Assembly (NCBI GenBank): GCA_965198115.1
Contig: OZ240241.1
Location: 3,008,001 to 3,072,000, forward strand
Origin: Candidatus Latescibacterota bacterium
Lineage (GTDB): Bacteria > Latescibacterota > UBA2968
DNA length: 64,000 nucleotides
Reading direction: 5' to 3'
Part shown: positions 58,861 to 64,000 of the stretch, one piece after another
Numbering within the stretch: the first letter of the stretch is position 1
Layout of the letters: each line of letters starts with the position of its first letter
Position numbers and translations under genes: made by a program
The notes under the pieces: model-generated
Database searches by the model: none
What the model was told of the DNA's origin: nothing
What the model saw: the letters and a program-made list of their open reading frames with translations, nothing else

Positions 58861-60159
58861 TCACCGTCGCTCGAAGGCTTCGCCCGACGCCGCATGCGTA
58901 TCCATCTCGCCTACAGCAACTCCTGCACCGATCTCCACCGATCCGAAGACCCCGTCGTAGCCCGGTGTGATGTGCACGTGACCCTCCCTCATTCGGCAGA
59001 TCACTTCGGCAATTTCGCCGAACCCGGCCTTTGCGATCGAATCCGTCGGAATGCTCCGCAAGATTTCCAGCTCCGGTCCGAGCGAATTCAGCATCGTCTC
59101 ATAGATACCCTGCACGCGTTTGGAACTTGGCCCGACGTCGACGACAACGGAGATCAGCTCAGAAAGACCGATCAGGCTTTCGAAATGCACGACACGCTCC
59201 GTGTTGCCTTCGTCCCTGTCGGCGAGTTGCTCGATCCGGTTCAACACGCCCATCGTAAGGGGTTTCCCACACACAGGGCACAGTGCTTCCGCAGCCGCAC
59301 TTTCCCTCGGGGATAGGCAGACATCGCACTTCCGGTGTCCGTCGTAGTGGTATTTCCCCTCCTCCGAAAAAAACTCAATCGTGCTGACTCGGGAAAGGTC
59401 GTTCGCTTTTATCACGTGGCGGATGTCGAAGAAGGACAAATCCGCGTCGAAACAGGTCGCTTCCCTACCCAACTTCTTCGGTGAGTGAGCGTCCGAGTTG
59501 GAAACGAGCGCGAAATCATCCAACATCGACAGGCGACCGTTCATCGCAGGGTCCGACGACAAACCGGTTTCCACGGCGTGGATGTGAGGGAGCATATCTT
59601 CGAAGCATTCCTCGAGCGAGTCGAACCCCGACCGCGCACCCAGAGCCGAAAAGTGGGGTGTCCAGATGTGGGCGGGGACGAACAGCACGTCTTCGGATGC
59701 CTCGAGACAGATTTCGACCAGGTCTCGACTTTCCAGACCCAGTATCGGACGACCGTCGGACTTCAAGTTTCCAATCGACGACAGACGCGCATTGAGCCGG
59801 TCCACGGCGTCGAAATCGGGCATCATCACCACGTGATGCACCTTCCGCGTTCGATCTTCCTTCTTGTAGATCAGACTGATCTCGACCGTAAGCATGAATC
59901 GAACATCCCGTTGACAACTCTCCGGAACGGTCTCTTCGACAGGTCGTAGCAGTCCCCTTCTCAGTCGGCAGAGCCCTTCCCCATCAGGCTCCAACCTCTC
60001 TTTCAGCTCGGCGAGCCAGACCGGATGCGTAAAGTCACCGGTCCCGACCACGTCGATGCCCTTCAGAGCGCTCCACCGATGCAGGTTCTCGCACGTGAGA
60101 TCCTTGCTCGTAGCCATGCTGAACCGCGAATGGAGGTGAAGATCGGCGGTGAATTTCAA
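58861..60159 (-). CDS. Endonuclease Q family (PHP domain) protein
   Basis: DLHLHSRFS, GTGDFTHP, PAHIWTPHF, ETGLSSD, SNSDAHS, GKYHYDGHRKC, CPVC, PGYDGVFG. Confidence 0.9.
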   Translation of the reverse strand: MKFTADLHLHSRFSMATSKDLTCENLHRWSALKGIDVVGTGDFTHPVWLAELKERLEPDGEGLCRLRRGLLRPVEETVPESCQRDVRFMLTVEISLIYKKEDRTRKVHHVVMMPDFDAVDRLNARLSSIGNLKSDGRPILGLESRDLVEICLEASEDVLFVPAHIWTPHFSALGARSGFDSLEECFEDMLPHIHAVETGLSSDPAMNGRLSMLDDFALVSNSDAHSPKKLGREATCFDADLSFFDIRHVIKANDLSRVSTIEFFSEEGKYHYDGHRKCDVCLSPRESAAAEALCPVCGKPLTMGVLNRIEQLADRDEGNTERVVHFESLIGLSELISVVVDVGPSSKRVQGIYETMLNSLGPELEILRSIPTDSIAKAGFGEIAEVICRMREGHVHITPGYDGVFGSVEIGAGVAVGEMDTHAASGEAFERR

Positions 60160-60325
60160 GTCATTTCCCCGCGTCGAAATGATCTAGTAGCAATCAGTTG
60201 ACCCGTTTCAAATGTCTTTGCAATTAAGTGCCGAGGGGCACGTTCCCTTGAATCTGGTAGCAGCCTCCGGTTGCAACGCTCCACCCTATCTTGACTACCC
60301 TGGGCACCGCACCTATTTTCTGCCC

Positions 60326-61159
60326 GTGACCGACACGATCAACATCGGAAAACCCCTGTCCGCCTCCTGCGTCGAGCAGTTCCGCGATGAAGGCTACACG
60401 TTAATCCCATCGTTCTTTTCTGTCCGGGAAATCGAGGCGATGCGTGCGGAACTGGATCGCTTCTGCCGCGAGGATTTGATCAGGAACGTCGCGACGGATG
60501 ATGATGGGGAAACGCACTCTAAGCGGATGCACAATCTTCAGATCTGCCCGATCACACCCAGGAGTGACTTCTACCGATCGCTCCCGTATCACCCGCGTGT
60601 GAGTGCCGCTGTCGGCCAGCTGATCGGGGATCCGTTCGTCTTCTACCTCGACCAGATCTTCCTAAAACCCGCCAGGACGGGCATCGGTACCGATTGGCAC
60701 CAGGACAACGCCTACTTCAAGGTGGCCGACCCGACCAAAGGCACCGCGATGTGGGTCGCCTTGCACGACGCGAACCAGGGAAATGGTACCCTCCACGTCA
60801 TTCCGCGCAGCTACCTCGAAAGCTACGCCCACGATCGGGACCCCCGAAGTGACCATCACATTCACTGTCCCGTGCCCGAAGAGAGGGCCGTCTCCATCGA
60901 ATTACCTGCCGGAGGTGTGGCCTTCTTCAACTACGGAACCGCGCACTCGACGAAAGCCAACCTGAGCGACCTGGACCGCGCGGGTCTGGCCCTCCACTTT
61001 CTCCGAACCGACTTCATCCCCGACCACGTACTCCAGAGCGACAAGCCACGTCGATACGCGCACGTGACGGGACCGGATGCCACGGGCGGTCTAAGCGAGT
61101 ATGGATCGACGATTGCCGGAACCTGGGACGATCAGGTCAACCGTCTGCTCACAACCTGA
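60326..61159 (+). CDS. Phytanoyl-CoA dioxygenase (PhyH) family Fe(II)/2OG oxygenase
   Basis: WHQDNAYF (HxD), WVALHDA..NGTLHVIP, distal H and NLSDLDR. Start uncertain. Confidence 0.88.
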   Translation: MTDTINIGKPLSASCVEQFRDEGYTLIPSFFSVREIEAMRAELDRFCREDLIRNVATDDDGETHSKRMHNLQICPITPRSDFYRSLPYHPRVSAAVGQLIGDPFVFYLDQIFLKPARTGIGTDWHQDNAYFKVADPTKGTAMWVALHDANQGNGTLHVIPRSYLESYAHDRDPRSDHHIHCPVPEERAVSIELPAGGVAFFNYGTAHSTKANLSDLDRAGLALHFLRTDFIPDHVLQSDKPRRYAHVTGPDATGGLSEYGSTIAGTWDDQVNRLLTT

Positions 61160-61167
61160 CGACCTCA

Positions 61168-62540
61168 ATGAGCATCCAGTATATCGGCCTCGGCGCTTCC
61201 GGCGAAATCGGCGATTCTGCGCACTACCTCGACATCGAAGGCACATCCATCCTCCTCGACGCCGGCGTCCACCCGCGCCACGAGGGTCTGGAAAGTTTGC
61301 CCGACTACGAACGCATCCGCGACGTCGATCTCGAGCCATCCTCGTCTCCCACTGTCACCTGGACCATCTCGGGTCTCTCCCCATCGCTCTCACGTATTTC
61401 CCCCACGCACGTGTCTTTATGTCCGACGCCGGCGCTGCGCTCGCCCCCGTGATGCTCGGACACACCGTCAAAGTCATGGAACGCCTCCGAATAGAGGCAG
61501 GCATCGAGGACTATCCTCTGTACACTCTCGAGGACGTCGACGCCGTGTCCTATGTCTTTCAGGGCGTGCGAACGGACCGTGCTTTTCCCATCTATAGCAC
61601 ACTCCGAGGAGGTGCGGATCTTCAGGCACGACTTTACGATGCGGGTCACATTCTGGGTGCCGTCGGAATCTGGTTGCAGGGAAACGGGCAAACAGTCTTC
61701 TACACGAGTGACACCTGCATCCAGGATCAGGAAATCATCCCCGGCGCCGTCTACCCCGATCGCGTGGACATTCTCATCTGTGAGTGTACGCTCGGGGCCA
61801 ATGAACGGGCCGAGCATCTGACGCGTGACGTTGAAATCGGGAGATTCGCGACGAGCATCAACAAGGTGCTGGACTGGGACGGCACCGTGTTGATTCCGGC
61901 ATTCAGCCTCGGTCGGACACAGGAGATGCTCGCGCTCTTGCACAGGTTGCGGGCGTCCGGGGACATTCGCGACGTTGAAATCTACAGTGCCGGGTTCGGT
62001 TCCCAAATCTCCCGAATCTACGACCGGACCACTGAACGCTCACGACGTCATCGCGACGAGGTCTGGCTCGCCCACCTCGACATTCGGCGTCTCCCTCCCG
62101 GCGACGTGACCCGAGGACGACACATGAAGGAGCCGAGCATTCTCGTCGTCTCCTCCGGCATGATGGCCGAACACACCATGTCTTACAGGATCGCCGAGAA
62201 GATGCTGCCTTACGATCATCACGGTATCTTTTTTGTCGGCTACTGTGACCCGAGCATGCCCGGTCATCGGGTCGCGACGGCAGAAAAGGGCCAGGTCTTG
62301 CAGATGACGGAAGGGGGGCGATCGATACCGGTCGCCTGCCACATCGACCGTTTCCACTTTTCTGCTCATTCCCACAGACGCGACCTGCTGGAACTGATCA
62401 AACGATTGGCCCCCCGCACGCTCCTACTCGTGCACGGCGCCCGCCTGCAGCCGACTGGATGGAATCAGAGGTAAAGGCTTGAGGACCCAGGTATTCGGGT
62501 CGTTCAACCCGAGCGAGGGTGTGAGATCGAACTGGCTTAG
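61168..62540 (+). pseudogene. Metallo-beta-lactamase/beta-CASP ribonuclease (YSH1-like), frameshifted
   Basis: GASGEIG...LLDAG in one frame; SHCHLDH, AGHILG, PAFSLGRTQE, FSAH, LVHG in the next; further breaks near 62440-62480. Confidence 0.83.
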
Positions 62541-62592
62541 ACGTCGAGAGGAGGAGATCGCTTCAACGGGCAGTCGAATTGGGCTGAAGGCT

Positions 62593-62883
62593 TTACGGCG
62601 GCTCGCTGAATCGTACTTTCTTGATCCGCTCGGCCACGTGGATAGAAGCCTGATTGATTCGTCGGTCCCCGCGATCGAACGTCGACAGCTCCAGATACGG
62701 CAGATTGACAGCTACGATCGTGCCTCTCATCGTTTCACCGCTCTTCATCACAACGCGAACTTCGTCACCGGGCTTCAGCGACTCGAGGTCGTGGACCACC
62801 TGGTAGGATTGGTAGGTGTGGGTGCTCGCACAACCAGCGACGATGACAAGCAAAGCAAGTAGTGTCAGATTGAGACGCTTCAT
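62593..62883 (-). CDS. Small predicted lipoprotein
   Basis: MKRLNLTLLALLVIVAGC lipobox; small beta-rich domain. Confidence 0.7.
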   Translation of the reverse strand: MKRLNLTLLALLVIVAGCASTHTYQSYQVVHDLESLKPGDEVRVVMKSGETMRGTIVAVNLPYLELSTFDRGDRRINQASIHVAERIKKVRFSEPP

Positions 62884-62918
62884 AGGTTCGACTCAGAGTG
62901 TGTGCGGTCGATGAATCG

Positions 62919-63821
62919 CTACGACGGCTCCAACGTGAAGGTCTGCAGGCGCTCGACGGGACGGAATTTGTGCTTGTATCGACGGAGACCCGGAAGTCCA
63001 AGATCTCCCGCGTCGTTCACTGTGCAGTAGTCCCGCATCGACTCGTAGACGCAATGCCTGAGGAACTCAGACGCACCACGTACATCGGGATCCGTCTTGG
63101 CCACGAAGAAACACGCTTCATCCCGGTTCAGTGGCCCCGCCATCGCGAACCCCAGCACGCGATCGTCCTCCTCCAGAATCCATCCACGCAAGTCTTCAAC
63201 GCCCCAATCCGAAAATCGATCCAGCGCCGCCCGCGTATATCCCCAATCGAGCAAAAAAGGGTGCCGTCGGCCCTGGCGTCGACGCCAATGGCGCAGAAGA
63301 TCGTCGCAGCCGGTCACGTCCGCCGGCGTCAAGGGTCGGAACCGCCCACCGACGTCACGACCAAACCGATGAACGCGTTTCCTCAGATCTCTAAACCTTC
63401 GTCCCGACATCGCGGAAACGGCTTTGGGGTCGTAGACGAATTCTCGGTCCTTCTCTTCTGCCCGAAGACCGAGCACCATTCCTGTCTCCGCATCCTTCGC
63501 ATCCGCCCACAGAATACGTGGCTCGTCGCCGCCATTCAACTCCATCAGTGCGGCCCGTCCACGGGACCACACCTCTTCCGTGAACGGCAACGGAGGAACG
63601 ACGAGATCGACCCGCAATCCGTTGCGACCGTCGGAGTGCGCGATGATCCAGGTTGCGCCCTCCCACTCAGAGACACGCACGACCCGTCGAGGTGGAAGAC
63701 TGTAGCAGCAGAGAAACGGAACGAAGTAGCACCAGATGCGCTTGCCGTGAGCGTCAAAGAGCGTTCGCAGGCTTCGCGTCTGAGATGCCTCGATTGGAGG
63801 ACCTTCAAGGGGTGCGCCCAC
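62919..63821 (-). CDS. DUF2156 / phosphatidylglycerol lysyltransferase C-terminal-like (GNAT-fold) protein
   Basis: EFVYD...MSGRRFRDLRKRVHRF, KTDPDVRGAS, VNDAGDLGLPGLRRYKHKFRP. Confidence 0.78.
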   Translation of the reverse strand: MGAPLEGPPIEASQTRSLRTLFDAHGKRIWCYFVPFLCCYSLPPRRVVRVSEWEGATWIIAHSDGRNGLRVDLVVPPLPFTEEVWSRGRAALMELNGGDEPRILWADAKDAETGMVLGLRAEEKDREFVYDPKAVSAMSGRRFRDLRKRVHRFGRDVGGRFRPLTPADVTGCDDLLRHWRRRQGRRHPFLLDWGYTRAALDRFSDWGVEDLRGWILEEDDRVLGFAMAGPLNRDEACFFVAKTDPDVRGASEFLRHCVYESMRDYCTVNDAGDLGLPGLRRYKHKFRPVERLQTFTLEPS

Positions 63822-64000
63822 GCTGTCGGCCCCTTCTAAAATCCGCCGTATACATCGGGCCGTCGTACCGGCCGGAAGCGGCAGCCGGCTCGGCCGTCGT
63901 CGAAACGCAGCGGATCATCTGGCTCTGCCCCGCCAACAGTTGGGCGCCCACATAGTCGTTGAACGTCGGCAGCATCTCGACAGGCGCCAGACCGGATCGG
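63805..64000 (-). CDS. C-terminal end of a gene running off the window, possibly bis-aminopropyl spermidine synthase (BpsA)-like
   Basis: Frame reads GLAPVEMLPTFNDYVGAQLLAGQSQM...YDGPMYTADF. Family call is from memory of a short segment. Confidence 0.4.
   Translation of the reverse strand, partial: RSGLAPVEMLPTFNDYVGAQLLAGQSQMIRCVSTTAEPAAASGRYDGPMYTADFRRGRQRGRTP

Noticed and set aside
1-64000. CRISPR array, tRNA or rRNA genes
   Set aside because: No regularly spaced repeat-spacer units and no cloverleaf or rRNA signatures were seen. The repeats found are dispersed palindromes.

Overview
GC-rich bacterial DNA. The gene content (many PQQ/BamB-like beta-propellers, sulfatases, a PhyH dioxygenase, a DUF6785-type membrane protein) suggests an uncultured Latescibacterota/Poribacteria/Planctomycetes-like lineage; this is inference only. 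(1) 1-4.4 kb is a nest of IS elements: an IS256-family end interrupts a GH2 glycosidase, an IS1380-family element truncates a MgtC/DUF4010 gene, and a second IS256 copy sits inside the IS1380. (2) 9.3-30.3 kb is an intact, tightly coupled 17-gene minus-strand cluster with no PKS/NRPS/terpene core. It encodes three PQQ-like propellers, a GriC/GriD(EhpF/EhpG)-like carboxylate-reductase pair, Fe-ADH, a HemN-like radical SAM enzyme, a PaaK-like CoA ligase, a flavin-dependent halogenase, a Na+/solute symporter, a CxxC-bearing GT4, an AhpD-like protein, a thioesterase and a LolD/FtsX-type ABC exporter. This is the best candidate for an undescribed system. (3) 30.6-64 kb holds mixed signalling and metabolic genes, two ISL3 copies, a DUF6785 + degenerate-M28/FtsX membrane pair, a candidate ~260-nt structured ncRNA at 34.6 kb, nested REP-like palindromes and many frameshifted genes. 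No rRNA, tRNA or CRISPR array was seen. All product calls come from motif recognition by eye, not from database searches.
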